A DNA stretch of 64,000 bases from Sarea resinae (taxonomy: Eukaryota), in assembly GCA_026026165.1 (NCBI GenBank), contig JAPEUD010000058.1, positions 62,001 to 126,000 on the forward strand, in the 5' to 3' direction. The position numbers and the translations under genes were made by a program. Below are positions 1 through 12,525 of the stretch, in pieces. Below the pieces are notes generated by a model. It worked only from the letters and a program-made list of their open reading frames with translations. It made no database searches and was not told where the DNA came from. Numbering within the stretch: the stretch's first letter is position 1; each line of letters begins with the position of its first letter.

Positions 1-1614
1 TAGGAATAGGTGCACAGTGAGAGCGGTACGGTGCAGTACTGAAGTACTCCGGAGTATGTAGGTGTCGAACTTCGACTCTACTTCAATTGAGTACGCAGCA
101 AGTGTCACGATGGGAGAGGAGGGAGACGCGTCAGGTCACTTGGGCATCGATGCTAACGTGGTCGATGATGGTCACTGTCGTTGCTAGCGAGAGGAGATCA
201 ATAGAGTACAGGGATGGATTGATGTGTTGTCTCTCCAGTTGTCAGCCTTATCTCCGTTAGATTAAATGCTGCAGCACGCCTATCGCAATCAGATCAATGA
301 GATGGATGACCGTGGCAGCTTTCTAGACACCGACCGAGGTGTCTTGTCTTCTTGTCTCACCGCTGCCCTCTGGGAGATTATGTGATCATCACATCAGAGA
401 TCATGGGTGTTTTTGTAGAAGATGAGGGGCCATGGAGAGAGACGAGCTTCTTCTTCTTCTTCTTCTTCTTCTTCTCCGCATTCCTCTCGCCCGACTTCCG
501 AGCTCGTGCCTAAAAAAGGTGGCTCGCCGACTCGGCGTGATCATGCCCCGGACTCGAGCAGGGTTACGAATCCTGGGGTCGAGGGTTTCCCTTCGTCTTG
601 ACTGGAGAGAGAAGGAGAGGGGATGGAGGGGCGCTCGACTGCTCGACGAGACGCGGCACGGCACGGCAATTGACTCTGTACATCTCATCTTCTGACGCCG
701 AGGGAAGAAGGAAAGAGGAAAGAGAGAGAGGAGACGGGAGGTGACGGCAGGAGAGCGTAGATACGCAGGAGATACATCGGGTCGTGTGTAGAAGGACGTG
801 TCAGCCCTGTCAGATGATGATGATGATACCTGATGTATCGCGGTGGATGATGTATCACTCCTCTCCCTTCGCTCACCGCCAGTCTGGTGCGTACCTTCGT
901 GAGGTAGAGAGTAATGCCGAAAATCCCCTACCCTCGTCCCTGTCCCCCGTCCATGTCGCCGCTCGCACTTGCACTCGCACGCAGAGTTGAAGTACAGTAC
1001 GGATGAAGTACTACCCACCATGTACTCCGAGTACTCTGTATCCGCTGCTCTCGACCTGCTTGCTCTCGACCTCAGATGGCCGTTGGATATACATCCCGTA
1101 GCTATCGTACGTAGGAGTCCTCGGTCCCAGGGTATCCATCCATTTCTCTGATCAATCTCATCTCAGGATCTTCATCGTCGTCAATTATCGTCCATATTCT
1201 TTCTTCGTCGAAAGCCGCTGTACCGCTGAGCTCCGAGAGCGATGCGATTTATACACTGGAGACCTGAGATACCTCTACGATAACGGTACGAGTACAAGCC
1301 ATCCATACCTCCCTCATACATCATATGTCGTACATCTACCGATCTCATCGGAATCTCCATCACCGATTCACATCTGATTAAGCTTCACCTTCACCTTCAG
1401 CCAGTCTGTCTGACATTTCGCTCGTCGCTGTCAATCCTCATCCCATCCATCTAATACAGACCCTTGAGAGGTCCCTTCTTCTCGATACATACACAACTTC
1501 CGCCATGGTCGCGCGATCGGCGTGGCCACTGCAAGCTTGACGCCCCGTCGGACCGCCACGGAACGATCATCATCGTCCCCAAGCTGATTGAGAGCTCTTC
1601 TATTCAAAACCATC

Positions 1615-4600
1615 ATGCTTGGGCAGCTCTTTCACAGGATCGCACCGTCTGGACATAGTAATTCATCGACTCCGCGCGCCTCGACGTCGTTGGAGTCGGT
1701 GACCGAAGACGCGCACACGCGCAACCTACTCTTTCCCGACCCGGCCCTCTTGAGCCAGTCTCAGGATCATGCCTATCCACTCTACAATGGGAACCCGTGC
1801 GCTTCGACCGCTTCGTTGGGGGCCTATGATGATGTGGGGGAGATTGACATGGAGAGTGGCCGAGATGTCCGAATCTTGATTGCCCAAGATTCGACCTCGT
1901 CCCTAGGAAAAACCGTCCTCTTCGATTCAAAGCCTCCACCACCGAAACCAGTCACGGCGAGAAACTCGATGCCCCTGTCACCTCTGCGCAATGGTGAAAA
2001 GGACGCGGTCGGTCGACAGCCATTCGAAGGCACTCCGGGTTCCGTGCAGAGTGCATCACCGACAAGACCCCGCCCCATTTCGGGCCGGTACGTGCGACGG
2101 CCGTCTCTACCTCCCGAAGACACTCAACAGCAGACCGGGAGCATCAGTGGGGGAGCTTTTCACCGAGCCAGGCTAAGGAACGCATCCATGTCTTCGACAT
2201 CCAGTGCGGCCGAGAGCACGGCGAGCCGACTTGCCCGAGAAGGAGAGGAAGAGGTCCGAACATTGCTTGACTGCATGTTTGGCAGCGCAGTTCTCAGCTA
2301 CAAGGGGCCCAGCACCAAGATGCACATTCTGCCGTCCGACAATGGCTCGGGCGAGCGCAGTGGTCCCAGCAGCCCTCTTCTTGGCGGTGACGGACCTGGC
2401 TCCTTCGGCAGGGCCGACGGGAAACGACGAAGCCAACTTTCTTCCTCATATACACCGGCGAATCCTCCCCAAAGGCTGTCACCCTCACACGTCCCCGGCT
2501 CTGATCACAAATCTTCCAAGAAGAAGACGGTGCTCATCACTCGGATGTTTTCCGTGAATCTGCCCGAGACCAATGCACGAACCCCTTCCAGCAGCGAGCC
2601 AACTCCGACGCAGCAAGATTCGGCCAGTAGCTATGGCAGCTATTTCTCTCAGGCGGGGCTGGGCGGGTCATCGAAACCTGTCAAACAGCGTAAAACGCCC
2701 ATGTATGCCGTCGCCATCATTCTTCAACTCCCTGCTTCTCACAACGGCCTCTCTCATGGTCCGAGATCCGGTCAGAAGATGTTGAGCTCGTCTTTTGGTC
2801 AGATCTCGGTTCCCTCATCACTCGAATCCGATAAACATTCCGGATGGACGGTTCTCGAGCCCAAGTTCGGATTGGATTCGTCTGCACTGCAGCTCAGCGA
2901 TTGCGACGATCACATGGATATCGTCGTACGTCATTGGGATGTGATTACGCGGACACTATCCCGTCTTCAAACGGTGTCGATGGAGAAGATCTACGAGTTG
3001 CTCAGAATAGCCGAGATAGCCTCGCCACAAACGGAGATAGCTCTGAAACCGCCCTTTCGTGGGGAGCGCGATTCACCCCTGCTCAGTAGCAGGAAGCTCC
3101 AGCGGAGCACACAGCGCAGCGTGCAGTTGACTCCAAACTCGCTCGCATCTGACGAGTTCATCAGGAGAGCGACCGAGCACGCAAGCAGCAGGATCGTCCG
3201 CGGGATCAAGACTCCCAAAGTTCTTACCGGCCAAGGTCGATGGGGCGTTTGGAGAGAAGAGGCCCGATGGGTTGGGAGATGGGCGGGCAACAAGGAACAG
3301 AATTTCTTCTTCTTCAATCTCTTGACCGCCTTTCTGGGGAATCACACGGAATGGCTGAATACACTCGGTCCTTCGTGGTACCGTCGCCGTCACTACCAGC
3401 AGCAGCGTGCGAGTTCGAGCGAGGATACTGTCATTTCGAGTCGCACGATCATAGTATCGACCGACAAGATAGCTGCCAGGAGGCTGATATTTCTCCTATC
3501 TGCCTTCTTACCAGGCACTACTAGTTCACAGGACGCGGCTTTGATCCAGCGGCCAAGCACGTCCACGTCTTTCAAGGGCTATTCCCAATCCCCACCCACG
3601 AGTATCCCCATCCGAAAAGCATCCCTGCGCCGGACCTTGGGCAAGCGGGGAGCTCCTCATGCCACTGAAATGTCCAGAGGGCAGTCGGCCAACGGGACAT
3701 TGGCTTCACCAGACGGGTTGGAAGAAAGGATAGAGAATGAGGGTTTGACGACAGAAAACCAGCCTCTGAGATACGGTCAACTGAGCCGATCTTCTTCCAG
3801 AAGAAGTGACAACTTTGCAGGGACGTCGACGAATGACAGTACCAAGAGTTGTATTGCCACCACATCCGCCATCACTCCAAGCGCTACCATTCCGATCCCC
3901 CACTTTGCCACCAATCGTGATAGTACGTCGGCGAGGAACCACAGTCATGCAGAGCTTGGACCAGGAAGCGGCGATAGCCTCGCATCCCAAAATCTCATGC
4001 ACACTCTGAAGAGGAGCGAGAGCACTAATAATAGTAATACGAGCGGCGAGTCTCACTCGGCGAGAGGATGGGGAAGTCTGATCAGCGGTTTCTGGAGTAA
4101 TCGGCGAACCTCCCTCACAACTGACACGGATATCAATCGATCTTCCAGTGAAGGGCTGAGTAGTAATGGCGTCCAGAAGACTGGATCTCCGAGCCGGCCT
4201 GTGAGAGGGAATAAACTGGCGCAGATGGTGGCCGAGGTCAGCAGGCCGGTCGATGACGGCGAGCTCTACCAAGAGGACGTGGATAAACTTGGGATGCGGA
4301 GTTCATCAGACGCGAAAGCCATCCCAGAGGCCGACCAAGTGTCCACTGCCAAACTCACGCGGCCTGAGGCGCCATCGCCATCGCGGTCCAAAAAGACGGA
4401 GTCTTCGTTGAAGCTTTCCGTCGACGAAAATGACGGCGTCATCGACGTCGATATCCCGATGCCCAGTTTCCTCACCTCTTCTTTCGGGTCTCCACTCCAA
4501 TCTCCCTCGACGGGCGGGTTCATGTCTATTTCCAGCCTCGAAGGGACGGCATCTAGCTGGTCACAAGCGTCCGCCTGTCCGTTTTCTTCGGCCGCAGCCG

Positions 4601-5535
4601 CGGAACCGGAATCATGCGTCAACGTTGCCGGGTGGCTAAAACGATATCATGAAGATTTTTCGTTTCAGGCTGTGCGGCCGTATGCGAGTCTGGAAGAGGA
4701 GATTAAAGCGTCCATGCGGGCCGAACCGACGCCCCCTGCTGCCCTGAGTAGTGCCACCACGCCCGAGGTGGAGAATGTCGAATTTCCACCCACGGAGAAA
4801 TGGGTGGACGTGGCTACGACACTGATCGCCGACGCGCAGACATTTTCCATCAAGCGCATCCGGCTGAGAAGACGGGTAGCCCTGGCACCGCCGATTGCGA
4901 CCCCGACGCCAGACTCGCAGTATCCGGGCTCTTCCTATTCGCAATACGGCAACCCGTACACGGCTGCTCAGCTCTCGCCGCCAATCATCATGTCCAACGG
5001 CAGCAACACGACGGACCAGCAGCAGCAGCAGCAGCAGCCGCCGCCGTCTTCGGAGGCTCAGGCAGGGGCCGATGAGGAGTTTTCCGAAGAGCAGCTGATG
5101 GACATTGATTCGACGCTCATCGATGCCGTCGAGCGCGTGCTTGCGCTCTCGGGGCCGCCGTCGGCCGCCTCGTCGAGGTCGTCGTCGCTCCGGCGTGTTC
5201 ATCGCGAGGCGGGCTTTTTGAGGGAGAGAGAACGCGATCTGTTGAGGTCTGAGGATGCGGGCAGTGCGAACGGGAAGAGCATGAATGACAACCCGCCATC
5301 GCAGCAGGTTCCCTTTCTCGAGATCCCCAGAAGCGAATGTCGCCGGCAGCTTCTGGGGGCTCTCGAGCAGGTCGTGCGTAGCGTTGCGGCGGACAAAGAA
5401 GGCACGGATGGCGGGGGTGGGCCCAAGTACGGTCCCGGATCCGGTCCGGCGGTGGACGGAAGAGAGCGGGAGAGGGAGAGTACGTTGCGTGAAGGGATCC
5501 GGCGATGGCTGGGAGAGGTCGAGGATGGTTTCTGA
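1615..5535 (+). CDS. LST4: Folliculin-interacting protein (FNIP/Lst4) homolog, longin/DENN-type, TORC1 Rag GAP partner
   Basis: Single long ORF, first ATG at 1615. Recognisable blocks VRILIAQD, LLDCMFGSAVLSYKGPSTKMHIL, VLITRMFSV, YAVAIILQLP, ARRLIFLLSAFLP and NVAGWLKRYHEDFSFQAV. Confidence 0.8.
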   Translation: MLGQLFHRIAPSGHSNSSTPRASTSLESVTEDAHTRNLLFPDPALLSQSQDHAYPLYNGNPCASTASLGAYDDVGEIDMESGRDVRILIAQDSTSSLGKTVLFDSKPPPPKPVTARNSMPLSPLRNGEKDAVGRQPFEGTPGSVQSASPTRPRPISGRYVRRPSLPPEDTQQQTGSISGGAFHRARLRNASMSSTSSAAESTASRLAREGEEEVRTLLDCMFGSAVLSYKGPSTKMHILPSDNGSGERSGPSSPLLGGDGPGSFGRADGKRRSQLSSSYTPANPPQRLSPSHVPGSDHKSSKKKTVLITRMFSVNLPETNARTPSSSEPTPTQQDSASSYGSYFSQAGLGGSSKPVKQRKTPMYAVAIILQLPASHNGLSHGPRSGQKMLSSSFGQISVPSSLESDKHSGWTVLEPKFGLDSSALQLSDCDDHMDIVVRHWDVITRTLSRLQTVSMEKIYELLRIAEIASPQTEIALKPPFRGERDSPLLSSRKLQRSTQRSVQLTPNSLASDEFIRRATEHASSRIVRGIKTPKVLTGQGRWGVWREEARWVGRWAGNKEQNFFFFNLLTAFLGNHTEWLNTLGPSWYRRRHYQQQRASSSEDTVISSRTIIVSTDKIAARRLIFLLSAFLPGTTSSQDAALIQRPSTSTSFKGYSQSPPTSIPIRKASLRRTLGKRGAPHATEMSRGQSANGTLASPDGLEERIENEGLTTENQPLRYGQLSRSSSRRSDNFAGTSTNDSTKSCIATTSAITPSATIPIPHFATNRDSTSARNHSHAELGPGSGDSLASQNLMHTLKRSESTNNSNTSGESHSARGWGSLISGFWSNRRTSLTTDTDINRSSSEGLSSNGVQKTGSPSRPVRGNKLAQMVAEVSRPVDDGELYQEDVDKLGMRSSSDAKAIPEADQVSTAKLTRPEAPSPSRSKKTESSLKLSVDENDGVIDVDIPMPSFLTSSFGSPLQSPSTGGFMSISSLEGTASSWSQASACPFSSAAAAEPESCVNVAGWLKRYHEDFSFQAVRPYASLEEEIKASMRAEPTPPAALSSATTPEVENVEFPPTEKWVDVATTLIADAQTFSIKRIRLRRRVALAPPIATPTPDSQYPGSSYSQYGNPYTAAQLSPPIIMSNGSNTTDQQQQQQQPPPSSEAQAGADEEFSEEQLMDIDSTLIDAVERVLALSGPPSAASSRSSSLRRVHREAGFLRERERDLLRSEDAGSANGKSMNDNPPSQQVPFLEIPRSECRRQLLGALEQVVRSVAADKEGTDGGGGPKYGPGSGPAVDGRERERESTLREGIRRWLGEVEDGF

Positions 5536-6250
5536 TGTTTGTGTGCGGTTCAGGGGCTGGCTGGCTGGGTGGCTGGCTGGCGTTTACTTTAAGGTTGACT
5601 TGTGTGCTGTTCTGCCTTTCCACTGGCTTTCATGTGGCATGGCACGGTGCGGCCCCGAATGGGATGGCATGGCATGGGATAGGACGGTGATACGATACGA
5701 GATGTTGGGTGGCTGGGTGGCTGGTTTTTTTGGGTCTTTGCACAGGCGTTTGGGGGGGACCCTGGGTGCGTGCCAGCAATCGGGTTCGGCGTTCAATGGC
5801 GGTGTCAGTGTCGGTTGTCTGCGTTCGAGCGGGCGTTTTGTGTAGTTCATTGGGAAGGAAGACGGGGGAGACGGGGAGACGGGGAGAGAAGGGAGAGAGA
5901 GGAGTAGTAGTAGAGTAGTCAAGAGTAGATGAAGAAGAAGAAGAAGAGGACGACGAGAGGAGAGGGGAGAAGAGAATATTTACCTTGTACCTTCAGCTCT
6001 TCCTTTGATCTTTGTCGTTGCTGTGACCGTGAACGTACCCGCTGCTGTGACCGTGGCTATTGACCGTGACCGTTACACTGATCACCTTATCCGACATAGT
6101 AAGCCATCAATGGTTGTTAGTCAATTAAGCTACTTAGGGTAAGGTAGGTAGGCATACCTAAGGCCCTCCCCCCGCCCCCACAAAAGAACGTATAGTAGTT
6201 GAGCCTACCTAGGTACCTATCTGATTCTATATACCTAAGGTAGCTAGAAA

Positions 6251-6340
6251 TGATAGGTGATAGGTGATAGGTGATAGGTGATAGGTCATAGGTCATAGGT
6301 TAGATTCGAGCCATTAGATTCGAGCCATTAGATTCGAGCT
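6251..6340. repeat. Tandem 7-mer (TGATAGG/TCATAGG)x~7 followed by 14-mer (TTAGATTCGAGCCA)x~3
   Basis: Directly visible between two convergent genes, followed by a (GA)n tract at 6365-6399. Confidence 0.9.
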
Positions 6341-6359
6341 CTAGGTAGATGAGAATATC

Positions 6360-6403
<44 letters not shown>

Positions 6404-6948
6404 ACCCCGGCCCCCAGGACCCCTTTTTCATGTCGAATTCTGTTCTCTACCGTCATCTCTCTCTCTCTCTTCCCCCAAGTCACCGACTCCCTCACCTGAC
6501 AAGTCAAGTCACGTCAAGTCACGTCAAGTCAAGTCACTCAATAGAGAAGAGAGGATTCGGCACGCACATTCCCACCGTGCGTGCTTGCTTGTATCATGAT
6601 TGCAATTTGTAATCTCAACTTCATATTCCCTGTCATGGTCGAAGCCAGCTATAAGAGCAGTGGTAGAAGTAGTAGTGTCAGATTAAAAAAAAAGAAATAT
6701 AAAAAAAAAGACATCGGCACATTATTTGGATTAAAGACTAAGTAAGCTACGCGTCCAGCCTTGTTTGCTCGGACCACGACCCTCTTGCGTATGGTATCAT
6801 TGCCTCCCTCGTCCTTCTCTCCTTTCCTCGTACAAAGCCCAGGGCTGCAGCACGAAAGGCCAGTCATCGACCGCTCGAGTAGCTACCGACCTCACTCAAG
6901 TAGCTATTCACTCATTCAGGTAGCCACCCCATCCCATCACACCACCCC

Positions 6949-9884
6949 CTAATAATAAACCTTCTCCTGGTAGATGGGCGGTCGGCCACCGTCGACCTCG
7001 CGATCCCACACCACCTTGCCCTTGTCGTCCAGATAGGCGGCTTCGTCCGTGATCGGGTTCACCTTGCTCGTATGTCGCACCTCCTGCCTCGAGACACCCA
7101 TCGAGTCGCGCGGCACCCAGAGAAGCGGCGGCGTCGAGGCAATGTCGGGATGGTAGTAAGCGTGCTTCTCCGTGTATTCGTCGTAGCCGACGTTGGCCGC
7201 GAACTGCCGCGGCACCAGACGGCGCAGGGTGTGATAATCCGTGTACAGATCCGGACGCAGCCATTTGGTGAAGAGGTTGGGTTTCTTGTGCGGCGCCGGC
7301 GGGAGAGGAGCGCTGTTCGTATTGACGAGCCCCTCGTTGACGCTGCTGGTGCCGTGGCTTTCAATCGTCGGCTGCTGCGTCACCGTGGCCTTTTCGTTGG
7401 AGACCGAGTTGCTGTTCGAAGACGAATTCGACAAGCCGGCTTCTTCCGCCAACAGAGACTCTTCTTCCACCTCCAGCGTCCGCGGCAGACTCTTCAGAAG
7501 CGGATCGAGGGCCGCGTTCAACGACAGGTGGTAGAGAGCCGTGAAGATGAGGAAGACAATCATCAGGACAAGGGCGGCGATGGCGGTGCGGATGGCAAAC
7601 AGGCCGATCAGACACAACTCGGCCAGGTAGACCCCGGTCAAGGTCTGCTGGAGAGCCCGCGGGTAGACCAAGCCCTTGGTGTCAATGTTGGTGTCGTAGA
7701 CGTAAAAGATGTTGTAACGGTACGCCAGATACAGCAGCCAAAGACCGACGGTGGCGAACCCGAGGACCAACGGAGCGATACACGAATACGTTATGGCTGT
7801 CTCGTCAGTTTCGATCCATCATGAGAAGACCAATTGCAACTCACCGATCACGCAGAGATTCGTGTAGACTGGGAAGACCGTTCCCCATCCCAATCCAGAC
7901 AACGAAGACCATCGTTTATACATCTTTCTCGGTGTCTTATCGAGCAGCTTTCCGAGAACGGTGAACAGGACGAGACCGGTGACCGAGAGCAGCGCGCCGG
8001 AAGCGATACCAAGCCCCTGAAGGACAATGTAGGAGATGTAAAAGTTGGACGCCTTGGGAAGCTGGGTGGCCAGAAGAGTCGTCGCACTGCTCGGATTCTT
8101 GACGATCGTTGCCGCCGAGGACGCGGCTCCAGAAGCCAGCGTCGTGACGAGGAAAACCTGGACGACCTGAAAGCCAAAGTACGAGTTCTGCACGGTCAGC
8201 TCGACCTCGGATAGCGACACATCACCGCCCCATTTCGCCATCGCTATCTGATGTCAGCGCTCGTCGAGATTCTCGTGGACATTGAGAAAAACTTACCGCG
8301 CAGGATGATGGGCAGAAGAGACATGAGCACCGACAGTAACACCGAAGGAAGAAGACCGGTGACGACTCCGAGAATGACTTGCGGGATATCATTGATGAAT
8401 CTCAAGAAGTGCACCTCGCTGGTGAGGAAATTGATATTCGAGATGGCACCAACAACGGCTACGGGAATCGACCAGAAGATGATCAACAAGACGACAAAGG
8501 AGGTGCATGCGATCAGCCGCATCACACGCTCCCACCACAGGATCCGCAGATTGGACCAGATGACTTCCTCGGGAGAGATGCCGATATACCGCGGAGCCAT
8601 GTGCAGGGCCTGATGGTGGGTGAGCCTCTGATACGCGGACTGCGCCGCCAGTGGGGTGACGAATTCGACAAAGACCGAGCCCACGGCTTTCGCAGCGCCG
8701 GATTTGTGAAGCGCCTGCTCCTCCTCAATCTTCACATTGCGACTTGCGAGCTCCGAGCGCGACCAGTTGATGGTGTCGACCTTTTTGCCAATCAAAAACT
8801 TCAATCGATGTGTCGGCCTCTTCTTGTCGGGAATCCAGCGCGAGGCGATCGATCCCGACTCGCCGTCGTCTCTCCCGTCCTCTGCGGTCTCACCACTGAC
8901 CGGTGCCGCTTCTTCATCGTTCTGATTCTTCTTCAGCGCCTTCAATCGCAGCGAATTGGCCGACGTGATCAGTTTGTTCTCGGCCCCTTCGAGCTTCATC
9001 GCAATCTTGTCCCTCTCTTTGACCATGTCCTCCAAGTTTTTGGTATCGGTCGAGACCCAAAGATTCTTCAGGTCCTTGCCGAAGAGACGTCGGAGTTTGC
9101 CTTCATCCAAATACTTCTTTGGCACGGACGTGTAGAGAACGGTCCGGGATGAGATCCGATTGGCGTAGAGGGGAGACAGAAGGTAAGCCTGCCGAAGGTT
9201 GACATAGAAGATGCTCTCGCGCGTGACCATGTAAAGAATGAAGCCTGCGGTTCACCGTCAGAGACGCTTGGAGATGAATGGGACCCAGAACATACTGAAA
9301 TAGATCCATCCGATGAAGTTGTGTGCCAGATAGCGGTACTTGTTGCCCTTGATGTTACTGAAACTGAGCAGGTCGAATTGCTTCTCGCCCGCACCACCTG
9401 TCGCGTTCACGGGGAACAAGACTGGCCAGGTGATGAGAGATCCCACCAAGCAGATGACGACGATGATCTTGAGGTAGCGAAGGAACAGATAGCTGTCGAG
9501 CGACTGATGATTCAAGATGTACGAATCGGAAAACGAGAAGAAGGTCTTGAGCCAGTTGAGAAATCCCTTGGGCAGATCAGGCGAGCGTTGTCTGCGAGCG
9601 AGCATTAGCTTCATCGGCACCGATTCTTTCACCACCATCACTCACTCGGGCCTCAAAGATCCTAGAAAGGTCCTCGGGGCGAATTGGCGGGGAACTCGTG
9701 TGCGTAGGATGAGAAAACCAAGGATGGTGATGCCGGCGACGAGAGCGACGGGGACCAAGGTCGAGACGAAGCCTGACAGGGAATTGGAGTTTGCGGGGTC
9801 ATTGTCGGAAGAACCAGAGTTGTCCCGAGGCTGCAACAAGGCAGCGTGAATAGCCTCGAAGGATGCTCCCATGGCGGACGTCAT
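6949..9884 (-). CDS. OSCA/TMEM63 (DUF221, Rsn1/Phm7-like) calcium-permeable stress-gated channel, 5 exons
   Basis: Exons 9884-9646, 9591-9296, 9244-8297, 8243-7845 and 7796-6949 join in frame via GT-AG introns. Motifs SLDSYLFLRYLK, LFPVNATGG, PEEVIWSNL, LPKASNFYISYIVLQGL and YPRALQQTLTGVYLAELCLIGLF. Start codon approximate. Confidence 0.9.
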
Positions 9885-11740
9885 GGTCGGACCCTCGCCC
9901 GGTAGGGCGATGGGGTGGAGAAGAGGAAGACGACCGTATTCTTCTGATGGATCGAATATGGCCGCGTAAGCAAGAGCAGCAATGAATCGCGAGAAGGGTG
10001 AGCTGCAAAAGAGAATCAAAGAGAGTCAAGAAGGAGGATGATGAGAAGAAGTAGGTCGGAAGAATCAATCCAAACAGCAAGACTGGCGGTAGGTGATGGT
10101 TAACACTGGTGTTGTCTGATTGGAATTGGAGTTGGAATTTCAGTGGGGACTGAGGACGTGTGAGTGGTGTAGCTCCGTGTTGGATTGGTAGGGAGTGGGC
10201 GATTCGTCACTGGGGCCAGGCAAGGTACTGCGCACTGCGCAGTACAGCCACGACAAACAGGGAACGACAGCAGAATTGGAGATGGGAGATGCAGGGCAAA
10301 TTAGGGGAGCGGAGCTTGGGGCTTGTGAGGGCGTACCTCGCGACCTGCACCCCGTCGCCGAGTACGCCGAGGACGACAAAGCGACCGTGGTGGCGGTGGC
10401 TACTCCGCAGTAAAAGGGCCGATTGCAACGCCCAGGGCAAGGTCCCGCCAAGTACTGCGCCGTACTCTGCTCGTCGTGCCCGGTAGCCAGTACCCGGCCT
10501 GGACGGTCGAGACCCCGGTGGTCGATCTCTCGTGGGGACAGCGACCAGCTGGAGGCCGAGTACCCCGTACCAAGTACAATGGCGACAGGTACAATAGTGC
10601 ATTCATGCTCTCATTGGAAGACCACGGTCCCACACGGGGAATTGCTGGCACTCTACGAGGAGTTACTGATCGTCCAGCTCCACCTTGGGGTTCTCTCCTT
10701 ACTGTCTCATTCAGGGCTTCTTGCTCTTGTCGCGTCTCAGGTCGCGATCCAAACGGGGCCAAGACCAAGAGATCCATGACGTCGTCGATGCCTGGAAACC
10801 GACCTTCTCGAGCTGGCCAGCTGAGGTGGTTCCTCGACGCCGTCAGTGCGCAGCAGGCTACATCGAATGGATGCAATGTACCGCTCAATCTCGACATCAC
10901 CACCTCCCATCTGCATCTATCCCGTCCATAATCGTAACGGGGCCGTCTCCCCTTTGTCCGCCCGTCCGCCAGCTCGACCACCCTCTCTTTCTTCTCCTCT
11001 CCTCATCTCGTTTCTCTTTCTCCGCTGTCCGCGGCGCGATCAAAGGATCCAGTGACCCTCTCCGGGGACTTTACGTCGACATAGCCCGTCCGCTACGGTC
11101 CACTACCGCCCACTACTGCCCACTAGGGACCACCGCCGGCCCACTGCCCACCGTCGCCAGACCTCTAGCCCCAAACCTTGAACAAACGAAATGCAGGGAG
11201 ACGTAAGGGAGAGGATCAAGGGATGGATGGCAGGTTGCGTAGGAGGTACGCGAGGACGGCGGACGGTGTACTTCATACTCTGTCCCGTGCGTGATTAGGG
11301 CTGGCTGGCTGGCCGTCGGCCGAGGATGTCCTGCGCACAGACAACTACCACTGAGAAAGTACCATCGTCTCGTCTCGTCTCGTCGTACTGTACAGAGTAC
11401 CTCGCGTCGTCCACGGCCTCAACCACCCAAACGAGCCGAACGAGCCAAACGAGCCAAACGAGCCAAACAACCTCGCCTGCATCTCTCTCTCCCCCGGGCT
11501 GGCCTGTTTGGATCCGATCTGGCCCCTCTCGCTAGAAGTCTCGGAATGCATAGTACGAAGTTCTGGCCTTATCTTACCCATCTTAAGGTACCTAGAGTAT
11601 CGGATCTGTAGAGTATCGGAGTACCCACCCACCACACACGCGCCGGCCAAGGGACCCCCTCAGCCCTCAAGCATTCAACACTCGATCCTAAGGTAGGTAC
11701 CTACCTGTAGCCGAAGTGGTTCGTCATCTTCGACTAAAAA

Positions 11741-11743
<3 letters not shown>

Positions 11744-11778
<35 letters not shown>

Positions 11779-11779
11779 G
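11744..11779. repeat. (CTG)n microsatellite; second CTG tract at ~12013-12048
   Basis: Directly visible intergenic trinucleotide runs. Confidence 0.9.
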
Positions 11780-12525
11780 CCTCGACGCCTCTATGCCTCG
11801 ACGCGTCTGCGCCACCCTTCCAAACATTTTCTCTACCCTTTCCACTTTTTCTTGCGTTCTTGTTCGAAGGAGAAAAGTGGCTGCATTTTGATTGAGCATG
11901 ATGACTCGATGGATTGACACGGAGATGGGATTCAAACAGAGCCACACGCCACGCGCCACACGCCACTCGACACATGATACAGCGCGTACTGTACAAGGCT
12001 GATCTGTCGGAGCTGCCGCTGCTACTGCTGCTGCTGCTGCTGCTGCTGTCGTGCCACCACCTCATCCATACACATACACGGAACCGATGTTGTTTCGTGC
12101 CTCGGAATATCTAGAGGCCACAAGCTCCTACTTCCCTTGCAGCGCGTGCATCCTATGTACGAAGTACTTATTTGCTTCCATCATGAAATCGATGGAATCA
12201 TTCCTTGGTCGGACTCTGATACTTGCGTTTCGTGAAGCTGCCCTGTCGGATATCTCTCTGTCTACCTCCTTGCCTTTTCTTCCCTTTCCTGTAGCTAGCG
12301 TGATTGGTATATAGATCTCTCTGCTTGGACACCACCATAATAGAGCAGCCTATTGTTGATCCTCTCTCTCCCCCATCATCAATCATCTTCCCCAGACGCT
12401 ACCCTAGCGAAGCAGCCCCGAATAGACGAAGCGCCAGTCAACAAATAAGCAAATAAGTAAACAAACTCGGGAGAAAAAGAAACCAGCGAACGAGATAAAG
12501 CGAGGGGAGCTGAGGCGTCAGATGA

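Noticed and set aside
6251..6340. TAGGTGA and TTAGATTCGAGCCA arrays as telomeric or CRISPR-like repeats
   Set aside because: Not TTAGGG and no spacers; simple slippage repeats among many SSRs.
10140..12400. Many short overlapping ORFs upstream of the OSCA gene (similarly 401-1400, 20566-24350, 52241-54674)
   Set aside because: Low-complexity, SSR-derived translations without consistent splice structure; treated as UTR/promoter DNA.
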